55,656 nt of DNA from Xanthobacteraceae bacterium (GTDB taxonomy: Bacteria; Pseudomonadota; Alphaproteobacteria; Rhizobiales; Xanthobacteraceae): positions 1-55,656 of the forward strand of contig JBASAH010000485.1 in assembly GCA_049650505.1 (NCBI GenBank), given 5' to 3'. How positions within the stretch are numbered: position 1 is the stretch's first letter; each line of letters begins with the position of its first letter. Below the pieces are notes generated by a model. That model did not search any database. It was not told the origin of the DNA and was given only the letters and a program-made list of their open reading frames with translations. The translations under genes were made by a program, and so were the position numbers. Shown here piece after piece: positions 47,619 to 55,656 of this stretch.

Positions 47619-48929
47619 ATGAACGTTACTCGGCTCAAATCGAGCCGCACTTTGCTGCTGTGCGGACTTGTGATGGCGGTATCGGTCGCCGGCCCGCAGC
47701 TTATTCACGCTCAATTGCGTGGTCATGGCGGGCCGGTGCGAGCGCTCGCGATCTCGTCAGACGGGACGCATGTGGTCTCGGGCAGTTTCGATACATCGGC
47801 AATTCGCTGGTCGCTTTCGCGCAATGTTGCCGAGCAAGTCATGCGCTTTCACGATGGCCCGGTGAATGCGGTCGCGTGGCTCAAGGACGGTCGGATCGTG
47901 ACCGCGGGCGGCGACACGCACATTGCTATCTGGACGCCGGGACGACAGACGCCCGATCGGGTGCTTGACGGCCATACTGGGCCAATCGTCGCTCTCGCCG
48001 TTTCGCCAGACGGCAAGACGCTGGCATCTGCGTCATGGGATCGCACTGTCCGGCTGTGGCCACTCGCAGGCGGACCGCCACGGGTATTGGAAGGCAATGC
48101 GCAGAACGTCAATGGTGTAGCGTTCTCGACCGATGGCGGTCAGATTATTGGCGCCGGTTACGATGGTACGATTCACGCTTGGCAAGTTGCCGGCGATGGC
48201 GTGTCCGTGCACAACCTGCCAAGCCCGCTCAACGCCGTGGTGACTACACCGGACGGCGAAATGATAGTGGCCGGGGCCAGCGGGAAAATTTACTTCCTGT
48301 CCTCCATCGGCGAGGTGCTGGGTGAACTCCAAGCCGGAACGACACCGACAATTCAGCTTGCGATCCCCAATAATGGCCTGCTCGTTGCCGCCGCCAGCAC
48401 GCGCGGGTCGGTAGCGGTGATCGATCGCAAGCAGCGTACGCTCATACACACGCTGGTCGGCCCCGGATTACCGGTGTGGGCGATCGCGTTCTTGCCCGAT
48501 AACAGCACATTATTGACTGGCGGTACGGATTCCGTCATTCGCCGCTGGAACGCGGTTACCGGTGAGCCGATCGACTCTGCGCTTGTCGGCGTGCCGGAAG
48601 ATCCGCTCAAACGGTATGCCGGCGATCATGGTGCTGAAGTGTTTCGCGCCTGCGTCGCGTGCCACACGCTCAGGGCCGACGAGGCCCAAAAGGCCGGTCC
48701 TACGCTCTGGCACATTTTCGGTCGCCGTATCGCGACGCTTCCGGGCTATAATTTCTCACCGGCCTTAAAGACCCTCGACATTATTTGGTCCAAGGAAACG
48801 GTTGCGAAGCTGTTCGAAATCGGGCCGGCGCACTACACGCCGGGCACCAAAATGCCGGAACAGACCATCGGGGTCGAAGCGGACCGTAAGGCGCTCGTTG
48901 ACTTTCTTGCGCGCTCGACCACGAACTAG
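47619..48929 (+). CDS. Periplasmic WD40 beta-propeller fused to a class I c-type cytochrome domain
   Basis: It has a signal peptide (LLLCGLVMAVSVAGPQLIHAQ) and repeated GHxGPVxALAxSxDGxxxxSxSxDxTxxxW blades. The C-terminal domain carries CVACH heme-binding and GTKMP axial-Met motifs. Confidence 0.85.
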   Translation: MNVTRLKSSRTLLLCGLVMAVSVAGPQLIHAQLRGHGGPVRALAISSDGTHVVSGSFDTSAIRWSLSRNVAEQVMRFHDGPVNAVAWLKDGRIVTAGGDTHIAIWTPGRQTPDRVLDGHTGPIVALAVSPDGKTLASASWDRTVRLWPLAGGPPRVLEGNAQNVNGVAFSTDGGQIIGAGYDGTIHAWQVAGDGVSVHNLPSPLNAVVTTPDGEMIVAGASGKIYFLSSIGEVLGELQAGTTPTIQLAIPNNGLLVAAASTRGSVAVIDRKQRTLIHTLVGPGLPVWAIAFLPDNSTLLTGGTDSVIRRWNAVTGEPIDSALVGVPEDPLKRYAGDHGAEVFRACVACHTLRADEAQKAGPTLWHIFGRRIATLPGYNFSPALKTLDIIWSKETVAKLFEIGPAHYTPGTKMPEQTIGVEADRKALVDFLARSTTN

Positions 48930-48966
48930 AGCTTTCCACACAATCCAGAGAGCAGGAATTTAGAAA

Positions 48967-51039
48967 TTAGCTCTCGCCTTCCTCCTGGCGCGCACGCAAA
49001 TAGTCATCGGTAGTGCGCAAGCGCGGACGCTGCGGCGCGCCGAACGGATCGAAGTTCTCCTCAGCCGTCAACTGGACGCGACAGTCGGCGCACATTTTCA
49101 CGAGGTCGATCCGCCGCGTTGGACCCTTGTACATCCAATGCTTGTCCTCAAGCTTGGCGGCCACCCGTTCGACCGAGCTTTTGACTCCGAACGGAGCTCC
49201 ACAGCGGATGCAGAGGAACGGATCTTCTTGCTTGATGACACGGCTTGATGCCGTTGCCGCACGAAAATCGATCTGCGGTTTCAGACTGATCACTTTTTCC
49301 GGACAGGTCGATTTACATAATCCACATTGCACGCAAGCGTCTTCGGTGAAACGCAGCATCGGCCGCTCTGGATCATCTAACAACGCGCCGGTCGGACAAG
49401 CCGAAACGCAGGACAGGCACAGAGTGCAGCCGTCGACATTCACCTCGACTTTGCCGAAGGGTGCGCCCTCAGGCAGGCTGATCACGTCGACCGGCGTCGG
49501 GGCCACTGCGTGCAACTCGCGCAACGCGAGTTGGAGAACTTCGCGCTTATTACCGACGGCCGAGAAAGTAGCGGGTTTGACCAGATTGTTCAGCGCTGCG
49601 ATACCCCGCAGGCTGTCGCCCAGCGCGTCGGGATCATCGGTTTCGATTGTGTCGATGCGCGCGCCGTCAAAACCGAGCCCGGTCACGATCGTCTTATTCA
49701 AGGCAATCGTTCTGACCAGCCCGCTCAAATCGTGCCGCGGATTGGAGCGCAGCAGAAAACGTACCGCTGCTGCGCCATAGGCAAACGCACCGGCGAGTGC
49801 CTCCAGTCCAATCTGGGTGATCTCATTGACTTCTACCGGCAACACATGAGCCGGCAGCCCGTCGCCATGCCGCGCCAGCGCCTCAATAAGGGGGCGGCCG
49901 TGGTCGCCGTCATGAAATAATAGTACCGGCTCCGCGCCACCTGCTTCGCGGTACGCGGTGAGCAGTACACGCAGTTTTCGCAAAAACGCATCGGGAGGCG
50001 GCAAGGCATAAGCTGCAGCGCCAGTCGGACAGACGGCAGCGCACTGGCCGCAACCAGCGCAAATCTGCGCGTCGATGGCGACATGATCCCCATTAGGCGT
50101 GATCGCGCCGGTTGGGCAGAGATCGAGGCAACGATGACACCCGACGATATTCGAGCGCGAATGCGCGCATAGATGTTCGGTAAATGTAATATAGCGCGGC
50201 TTCTCGAACGATCCCGACAGGTCACGCGCTTTCAGCACGGTCCGCAGCATCGCCGCTGCATCGCCCGGATCGGCGCGCAGATACCCATCGCGCAGATCGG
50301 GTGAGGAAAATAGCGGAACGCCGCCGGAAAGGTCGATTAAAACATCACAGTGCAGTTCAACATCGTTGCGCGGCGCGCTGAATTGCAACCGATCGCGCGA
50401 GGAAGGCGCCGGCGCGGCGTAGCTATCGACCCGCAGTTTGAAAGCTCCAAGATGGCCAGTGGCTGCTTTGATCGCGCCCTTCAGTAGCGGAAATTCCGTT
50501 ACCCCGGCGGGCGATACTCTATCGCCCTCGGTGACCAGAACAGTGATGTCGAGATGGTCCTTTAATAGATTGGCGGCCTCGACTACGTGCTCGTCCTTAC
50601 CATAGAGCAGCGTGACGCCTTCACTTGTTAGATTAACGACTGGAGGATCCGGCATCGGCTCGCAGGCGGCCGCGATCAAAGCCGCTATTTTCGGCCCGGC
50701 GGCTTTGGCGTCTTTCGACCAACCTGCCGTCTCGCGAATATTGACGAACGCGATCGCGTTCTCGCCGATAATCTCCTTAAACAGCGGCGCCTCCTGGGTA
50801 CAGGCAACCGCGATTGGTTGTCCATCAGCCGCCGCGCCGCGAACGCGGTCGAGCTCGGCGCGACAAAGTTGGCGTCCTTGCAGCGTCTCCGCGCCGCGGC
50901 ATACCCGCTCAATGCCGGCGCCGTCGAGCGGCATCGTGTCCTCGCAGGAGCAGATCAGGATCTTCCGCGGCCGTTCCGTCATTTTCGCTACTAGGGTTTT
51001 CTTGTCCTCTTGTTTGCCCGACCTAAAGGCAATCGCCAT
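48967..51039 (-). CDS. Large multi-cluster iron-sulfur (poly-ferredoxin-like) protein
   Basis: The 690-aa product has two 2x[4Fe-4S] ferredoxin motif pairs (CHRCLDLCPTGA/CAGCGQCAAVCPTGA and CTLCLSCVSACPTGA/CVQCGLCKSTCPEKV). It also has an N-terminal ILICSCEDT motif and a C-terminal CIRCG...CADCR motif. A GAGG RBS precedes the ATG at 51039. Confidence 0.85.
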   Translation of the reverse strand: MAIAFRSGKQEDKKTLVAKMTERPRKILICSCEDTMPLDGAGIERVCRGAETLQGRQLCRAELDRVRGAAADGQPIAVACTQEAPLFKEIIGENAIAFVNIRETAGWSKDAKAAGPKIAALIAAACEPMPDPPVVNLTSEGVTLLYGKDEHVVEAANLLKDHLDITVLVTEGDRVSPAGVTEFPLLKGAIKAATGHLGAFKLRVDSYAAPAPSSRDRLQFSAPRNDVELHCDVLIDLSGGVPLFSSPDLRDGYLRADPGDAAAMLRTVLKARDLSGSFEKPRYITFTEHLCAHSRSNIVGCHRCLDLCPTGAITPNGDHVAIDAQICAGCGQCAAVCPTGAAAYALPPPDAFLRKLRVLLTAYREAGGAEPVLLFHDGDHGRPLIEALARHGDGLPAHVLPVEVNEITQIGLEALAGAFAYGAAAVRFLLRSNPRHDLSGLVRTIALNKTIVTGLGFDGARIDTIETDDPDALGDSLRGIAALNNLVKPATFSAVGNKREVLQLALRELHAVAPTPVDVISLPEGAPFGKVEVNVDGCTLCLSCVSACPTGALLDDPERPMLRFTEDACVQCGLCKSTCPEKVISLKPQIDFRAATASSRVIKQEDPFLCIRCGAPFGVKSSVERVAAKLEDKHWMYKGPTRRIDLVKMCADCRVQLTAEENFDPFGAPQRPRLRTTDDYLRARQEEGES

Positions 51040-51137
51040 CAGCGCCTCAAGTCTCGCGCGGCAAACGGTCCGAACTGCGGGACTTTATGGGCCATGCGGT
51101 TATATGTAAAAAGACCACAAAATAACAGCGAGGATCG

Positions 51138-51881
51138 ATGGCGCCAGTGACGCGGGCAACTGTTGCGGCGGAACTGATATTGCCGCCGCCCTATCATGCG
51201 GTGCGACTGCGCGAATTCGGCGATGCATTTGCGCACGCGGTTACACTCGCACCGCAGCGCGGCGCCGGGACTCTCGTCTATGTGGGAAGGTTCGACCTCG
51301 CCGAATTCGCGGTGGTGCTCGAACCGACAGAGCCGCTCGCCCAAGGGCGCAGCGTGTTCTACGCCGGGATGGCCGCCTTAGCTGACGCGATTGCCACAGC
51401 CGCGCCGCCGGAAACCGCCATCCATATCGAATGGCCGGACGCCTTGTATGTAAATTGGGCCTTAGTTGGCGGTGGCAGACTAGCTTGGCCGCCGGAAACC
51501 GGCGCGGGTAACGTTCCGGAATGGCTGGTGTTTGGCGCCACGATCCGAACCGCAAGCAGCACGGAGGCCGATCCCGGCCTCACCCCTGACCTAACGGCGC
51601 TGGACGAGGAGGGTTTTGCCGAAATTAGCTCCAATAGTATGATTGAGGGCTTTGCGCGTAATTTGCTGCTGCTACTCAGCGATTGGCAGGAAGGCCACTT
51701 TACAGCTGTCCGCAAATCCTATTTCGAGCGTCTTTCGCGCGACGACCGCCAGCACTGGGACATCGATGACAATGGCGACCTTATAAGCCGCGTTGCCAAC
51801 GATAAAACCGAGCGCAGGGCCCTGCTGCCTCGGCTCGAAAAACCTGAATGGCTCGATCTGTTCAGCAAAGGACACGTGTGA
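51138..51881 (+). CDS. Biotin/lipoate protein ligase-like (BPL/LplA/LipB fold) protein of unknown function
   Basis: In this 247-aa product, the IHIEWPDALYVNWALVGGGRL segment resembles the BirA/LplA core strand (KWPND..). No complete ligase motif set is seen. The assignment is from memory and needs HMM confirmation. Confidence 0.5.
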   Translation: MAPVTRATVAAELILPPPYHAVRLREFGDAFAHAVTLAPQRGAGTLVYVGRFDLAEFAVVLEPTEPLAQGRSVFYAGMAALADAIATAAPPETAIHIEWPDALYVNWALVGGGRLAWPPETGAGNVPEWLVFGATIRTASSTEADPGLTPDLTALDEEGFAEISSNSMIEGFARNLLLLLSDWQEGHFTAVRKSYFERLSRDDRQHWDIDDNGDLISRVANDKTERRALLPRLEKPEWLDLFSKGHV

Positions 51882-52414
51882 AGCTGCTGCGTACCATCCG
51901 TCTCGATGCATCGGATACATTCGTTTTCGATGTTCCCGCCGAGGCCGGCGACTGGGCAGTTTCGGGTGCATTCGTCTTCTGGAACAAAGATGCTGCGAAC
52001 CTCGAAGGCAAAGCGCGCGCGGCGTTTCGCAGCGGGTTTCTCGGAGTAAAGTCATTGGGCTGGTCAACCTTAGCCCAGGTCGTCGAGGCGACCGTGGCCG
52101 AGCGCGCCGCTCTGGTCGATACGCTCGCCGATCAATTAATTCAGCATTTCGGAGCGCCCACAATCGAAGCAGCCAAGGCGGCGGCAGAAGAAGAGGTTGC
52201 TTTCGCCGAATCCCTCTGCACCATTCCGCAGGACAGCGTTATCGCCGTCCACCGTAGTTTCGAAAATGGCGCGGTACGCGAAACCTTTCGCGCACTTCGC
52301 GGCAGAGAAGGCGCAAAGCCCACGCGCGCATTCTCCTTCATCGAGACTGAAGGCGACGATGAACCAAGCGAACAAATCGATTTGATAGCATTGGGGGAGC
52401 GGGAGCATAAATGA
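51878..52414 (+). CDS. Unknown-function protein (resembles DUF6505 family)
   Basis: The GTG at 51878 overlaps the upstream stop (GTGA). The product starts (M)KLLRTIRLDASDTFVFDVPAEAGDWAVSGAFVF. The ATG at 51848 is an alternative start. Confidence 0.6.
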   Translation: MKLLRTIRLDASDTFVFDVPAEAGDWAVSGAFVFWNKDAANLEGKARAAFRSGFLGVKSLGWSTLAQVVEATVAERAALVDTLADQLIQHFGAPTIEAAKAAAEEEVAFAESLCTIPQDSVIAVHRSFENGAVRETFRALRGREGAKPTRAFSFIETEGDDEPSEQIDLIALGEREHK

Positions 52415-53418
52415 CCGACTTTTGGCTCTCCTGCGGGCATCATTTTCTCGACCGCGATGACGGCGGCGGCTACGTTGTCACTGACGATTTCCTAAAAATC
52501 TATCTGGCCCGGCCAGAATTACTCCCGCCACCGAATGCCTGTCCGATCGAACGCAGTTTGCATAGTGCTCTGCTCGCCGATCCTCGCCGGTTAGTCGCGG
52601 CTTCCGAAATTCAGAGCATCACTGATGCGGACGCACGGGAAAATTGGGAACTTTTGATCGCCTTCCGCGATCATCTCTTGGCGCATAAAACGCTGGAAGC
52701 CAGTTTTGTTGATCTCATCCGTCGCGGCGTAGGCAAAACACCACCTCTGTTCATTAATCAGCTCGTCCATGCGATTCTTCGCAACGCGCTTGATGCTACC
52801 GCCGACCCCTGCACGTTGCGTGCCGGGGAGATGTTCTTTCGGACGCAGCGTATTTCGCTACACGAAGGTTCGCTGATCGCGGCGGACGAGGAGACGGTCG
52901 CCGCCGGCAGCCAACTGCCAGTGTCGCCATTAGTTTCGATGCTCGGGTTGCCGGCAGATTCCGAGATCGAAGTACTCAACGAGAGCAATGCCTCCACATA
53001 TTGGCAGCGCAGTGATCGCTTCGACATGGCACTCGATTTGACTGCTGGCCGGGAAGGTCTTGCAGCGCTCGCGAAAGCGATGGAGCTATGGATAAACCAC
53101 CTGTTGGGTTTGGAGGTGGCAATCGAGCCGCTGACGGAGCTCCGCGAGGCTCCGGTAAGCTGGTATGTAGGTCTCGATGCTGAAGCCACCCGAATCGCCG
53201 ATGCGCTGTGGAATGGCGAGGAATTGGATGAGGACGCGATGGCGCGCGTGGTCGGCTTATTCCGTCTGACCTTCCCCGACGCCGGCCTCATGATTGATGA
53301 TGTGAGAGGCGAACCTATCTATCTCGTGCTCGCGATGACTCACGAACGTCTGATCCGCATGAAGCCGCAGAATCTGGTGACCGGCTTGCCGGTAAAACAT
53401 ATTGAGGCAGTGGGTTGA
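52411..53418 (+). CDS. Unknown-function protein (resembles DUF6352 family)
   Basis: ATGA overlap at 52411. The 335-aa soluble protein starts MTDFWLSCGHHFLDRDDGGGYVVTDDFLKIYLARPELLPPP. Confidence 0.6.
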   Translation: MTDFWLSCGHHFLDRDDGGGYVVTDDFLKIYLARPELLPPPNACPIERSLHSALLADPRRLVAASEIQSITDADARENWELLIAFRDHLLAHKTLEASFVDLIRRGVGKTPPLFINQLVHAILRNALDATADPCTLRAGEMFFRTQRISLHEGSLIAADEETVAAGSQLPVSPLVSMLGLPADSEIEVLNESNASTYWQRSDRFDMALDLTAGREGLAALAKAMELWINHLLGLEVAIEPLTELREAPVSWYVGLDAEATRIADALWNGEELDEDAMARVVGLFRLTFPDAGLMIDDVRGEPIYLVLAMTHERLIRMKPQNLVTGLPVKHIEAVG

Positions 53419-53933
53419 GCTTAATCGCGCCGCTTAGAACTATCGCGGTCGGCATCGTCGTCGAGCGCAGCAAGAGCGCTGGACCTTGGACCGATTTTCT
53501 GTGGCGACCGATCACTGCTTTGGGCGGCGCTCCCGACACTCCGCCTTGGACCAAGTTGTCGGATGACGGGGAGCGAGCGACTTTTTTTGTCGGCACCGCC
53601 GACATTGAGCTTTATCGCTCGGAAGCTGGCAATTACCGGCAGAATCTGCTGGTCGAGATGCCGCTGCTGTGGGTCGCGTTACGACGAACCGAAGCCGATC
53701 CACCCTACGTCTTAGCAGCTGTAACTGTCGATCCGGCAGAGGGCGAGTCCTGGGCTGCTCTCGGCAACGATCTCGTCGATACTGTCGCAATGCCGACGGC
53801 GGTCGAGGCGCTGGTCGCCGAATTCGTTTCGGAGCATTATGTCGAGGAGCCGTTCCTTAAGCGTCAGCGCGACCGCGCTCATCCAGAGACCTTGGCGCGG
53901 CGCTCGCCGGCAGCGGACCCTCGCAAACCATGA
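53415..53933 (+). CDS. Unknown-function protein (resembles DUF3305)
   Basis: The TTG at 53415 overlaps the upstream stop (TTGA). The product reads (M)SLIAPLRTIAVGIVVERSKSAGPWTDFLWRP...VAMP..V..FV..HY. Confidence 0.6.
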   Translation: MSLIAPLRTIAVGIVVERSKSAGPWTDFLWRPITALGGAPDTPPWTKLSDDGERATFFVGTADIELYRSEAGNYRQNLLVEMPLLWVALRRTEADPPYVLAAVTVDPAEGESWAALGNDLVDTVAMPTAVEALVAEFVSEHYVEEPFLKRQRDRAHPETLARRSPAADPRKP

Positions 53934-54535
53934 CCGAGCCTGAAAATTTTCTAAAGCGATGGTCGCAACGCAAACTGGCCGAGCGCGAGCGCTCGAAGGA
54001 CGAACACGCAACGAACCAGAACGCCCCTGTTGAGCATGATGCTTCGGCGGCGGAGCCGCCACAAATCGATGGCATGGCTAAGGCCAGCGACGAGGCCTTT
54101 GACCTTGCGGATCTGCCAGCCATTGATTCGATCGCCGCGAACACCGACGTCACCGCTTTCCTTCGCCCTGGAGTACCGCCGGATTTGACCCGTGCGGCAC
54201 TTCGGCGCGCCTGGACCTCCGATCCGGCGATCAGGGATTTTGTCGGCCTGGTCGAGAACGGATGGGATTTCAATGATCCCTCCGCAATGGCCGGCTTCGG
54301 TACCATCACCGCAGATGAAGTGGCGCAGCTGGCATCGAAGATTATTGGCGAGCCTATAAGGGCTATTTCCGACCCCCCGCCAGCCAAAACTATAAAAGAA
54401 GACACGGCGGAGCCGTCAGGAAGTCCTCTTCTCGAAGCTGCCAGGCCCAAAATCGCGGATGCGACTGAAGCCAGCAGCAGCGAAGAGAAAGAAGACGAAA
54501 ATGACGCACCGCAACAAAGCGGCGCCTCTTCGTAA
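53930..54535 (+). CDS. Unknown-function protein (resembles DUF3306)
   Basis: ATGA overlap at 53930. The product starts MTEPENFLKRWSQRKLAERE, has an acidic disordered middle, and carries a conserved-looking RRAWTSDPAIRDFVGLVENGWDFNDP block. Confidence 0.6.
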   Translation: MTEPENFLKRWSQRKLAERERSKDEHATNQNAPVEHDASAAEPPQIDGMAKASDEAFDLADLPAIDSIAANTDVTAFLRPGVPPDLTRAALRRAWTSDPAIRDFVGLVENGWDFNDPSAMAGFGTITADEVAQLASKIIGEPIRAISDPPPAKTIKEDTAEPSGSPLLEAARPKIADATEASSSEEKEDENDAPQQSGASS

Positions 54536-54687
54536 CCTGACCCCCATTCACCCAGCGACATAGCCTCCGGCTATTGACCGCGCCTCCGACACGGCGATAG
54601 CTTCTTCGCTGAAAAATCTCCTGTTCGCGCTTGGGGGGACGCGGTGCGAGCTGGATTACAACGACAACAACGACAACCATGTGAAGC

Positions 54688-55452
54688 ATGGCTGATAGGG
54701 GACTCAAGGAGGCTATTCGCGCCGTCGGTGGCGTCACCGAGCTTGCGCGCCGCATCGGAATTTCCCAGCCGTCGGTTTCGAACTGGGGCAGAGTGCCCGC
54801 GGAGCGCGTTGTTCAGGTCGAAAGCGCGAGTGGTATTGCGCGTGCGATTTTGCGGCCCGATCTTTATGTCGAGCAGGACGTCGGCGACATCAATCGCGCC
54901 CGCGCGCAGGAATATGGGCTCTTGGCGCGGCTCCTCAGGGAAGCCCCGGATGCCGCGCTCCTGAAACAGATTGGGCAACTGCAGGGTGACGAAACGCCGC
55001 TCGGGGCAGCTCACCTTGCATTGGCGGAAGCGGCAAAAGAAGCAGACGCTGCCGCGATAGAGCACGAATTCTTCGACCTATTCATCGGCGTCGGCCGCGG
55101 TGAGCTTCTTCCATACGCATCATACTATCTGACTGGTTTCCTGCACGAACGCCCGCTCGCGCGTTTGCGTGAAGACCTCACTCGCATCGGCATTGCGCGC
55201 GCCGAAGGCGTGGCCGAGCCGGAGGACCATGTCGCGATCTTGTGCGAGATCATGGCTGGTCTTGCCAACGGTCACCTGCCGGGTGCCGAAGAGTCGAGCC
55301 GCACAATATTCGAAAGCCATATGGCGCCCTGGATAGGGCGTTTTTTCGCTGATCTCGAACGTGCTGAGAGCGCCGACTTCTACAGGCAAGTCGGTGCTGT
55401 TGGCCGGGTGTTCATTGAAATTGAAACCGAGGCTTTCACGCTGCCGTTGTGA
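54688..55452 (+). CDS. Fusion of a Cro/YdaS-type HTH domain to a TorD-family redox-enzyme maturation chaperone
   Basis: Residues 1-60 (LKEAIRAVGGVTELARRIGISQPSVSNWGRVPAERVVQVESASGIARAILRPDLY) align by eye with E. coli YdaS. Residues from about 65 to 254 (RAQEYGLLARLLREAPDAALL...EFFDLFIG...PYASYYLTGFL...EPEDHVAILCEIMAGL) match the TorD/DmsD pattern. There is no stop codon between the two parts. Confidence 0.7.
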   Translation: MADRGLKEAIRAVGGVTELARRIGISQPSVSNWGRVPAERVVQVESASGIARAILRPDLYVEQDVGDINRARAQEYGLLARLLREAPDAALLKQIGQLQGDETPLGAAHLALAEAAKEADAAAIEHEFFDLFIGVGRGELLPYASYYLTGFLHERPLARLREDLTRIGIARAEGVAEPEDHVAILCEIMAGLANGHLPGAEESSRTIFESHMAPWIGRFFADLERAESADFYRQVGAVGRVFIEIETEAFTLPL

Positions 55453-55497
55453 GACGCGCAACGCCAAGGATGACGCATCCTTAAAGGAGGATTGGCG

Positions 55498-55656
55498 ATG
55501 AGACCGGACAGCAAAAGTAAAATCGACCGTCGCGACCTTCTTCGCGTGCTGGGCGCCGGAGCCGGAGCAGTGGCAACTCCTGTCGCACTTGTCGCTGAAG
55601 CCCACGCCGATTCGGAAAGCAATGAGACGAAGCGCAAGGCCCGCTACAACGCAAAT
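55498..55656 (+). CDS. Small twin-arginine signal protein of the 'formate dehydrogenase region TAT target' type; 3' end cut by window
   Basis: AAAGGAGGA lies 8 nt before the ATG at 55498. The product reads MRPDSKSKIDRRDLLRVLGAGAGAVATPVALVAEAHA.. and the ORF is still open at the window end. Confidence 0.65.
   Translation, partial: MRPDSKSKIDRRDLLRVLGAGAGAVATPVALVAEAHADSESNETKRKARYNAN

Noticed and set aside
1-55656. Search for tRNA/rRNA genes, IS elements, integrases, phage genes and known defence genes.
   Set aside because: None of the ORFs shows transposase, integrase, nuclease-ATPase or defence-type signatures. I saw no tRNA-like cloverleaf or rRNA-like sequence. The window looks like core chromosome with small repeat scars, not a mobile island. 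This is a by-eye assessment only; tRNAscan-SE, ISfinder and DefenseFinder would confirm it.

Overview
This is a 55.7-kb GC-rich chromosomal segment. Gene content looks alphaproteobacterial (Bradyrhizobiaceae/Xanthobacteraceae-like): two Bug/TctC binding proteins, an HWE histidine kinase, DUF1236, DUF1127, GGAAC-N16-CGTT promoters and 'cattcccgcggaagcggga' REP hairpins. I saw no rRNA, tRNA, CRISPR array, transposase, integrase or phage genes. All family names come from reading motifs by eye, not from searches.

Gene content from left to right:
- A TRAP transporter (5' end cut by the window edge).
- A small-ORF and repeat-rich junction next to an esterase remnant.
- A minus-strand operon of a TPP enzyme, a frameshifted LLM monooxygenase and a class II aldolase.
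- A compact stress-gene island: YciF-like, CsbD, DUF1236 and a Gly/Gln-rich protein.
- A Tat-targeted PaoABC-like molybdoenzyme operon.
- A signalling operon: a 2103-aa soluble poly-HAMP hybrid kinase, a REC-PAS-HWE-REC kinase and an FNR-like regulator.
- Zn-ADH, GATase, Crp, OsmC and Dps genes.
- An RND efflux pair and an SDR.
- The DUF1326/DUF2182 pair, DUF488 and a tiny leader-like peptide ORF.
- A second, cytoplasmic PaoABC-like operon.
- A thiolase, an NhaP antiporter, DUF1127 and a periplasmic WD40-cytochrome c fusion.
- A divergent poly-ferredoxin plus a tightly overlapping five-gene string of unknown-function proteins, which runs into a Cro/YdaS-HTH::TorD fusion and a small Tat-signal gene of the type found beside formate dehydrogenases (cut by the window end).

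Best candidates for undescribed biology:
1. The module of unknown-function genes around the Tat/FDH-like locus, including the HTH-TorD fusion.
2. The giant poly-HAMP kinase operon.
3. Three perfect EcfG-type promoters that define a local general-stress regulon.
4. Twin 77-nt palindromic elements that differ by compensatory substitutions.
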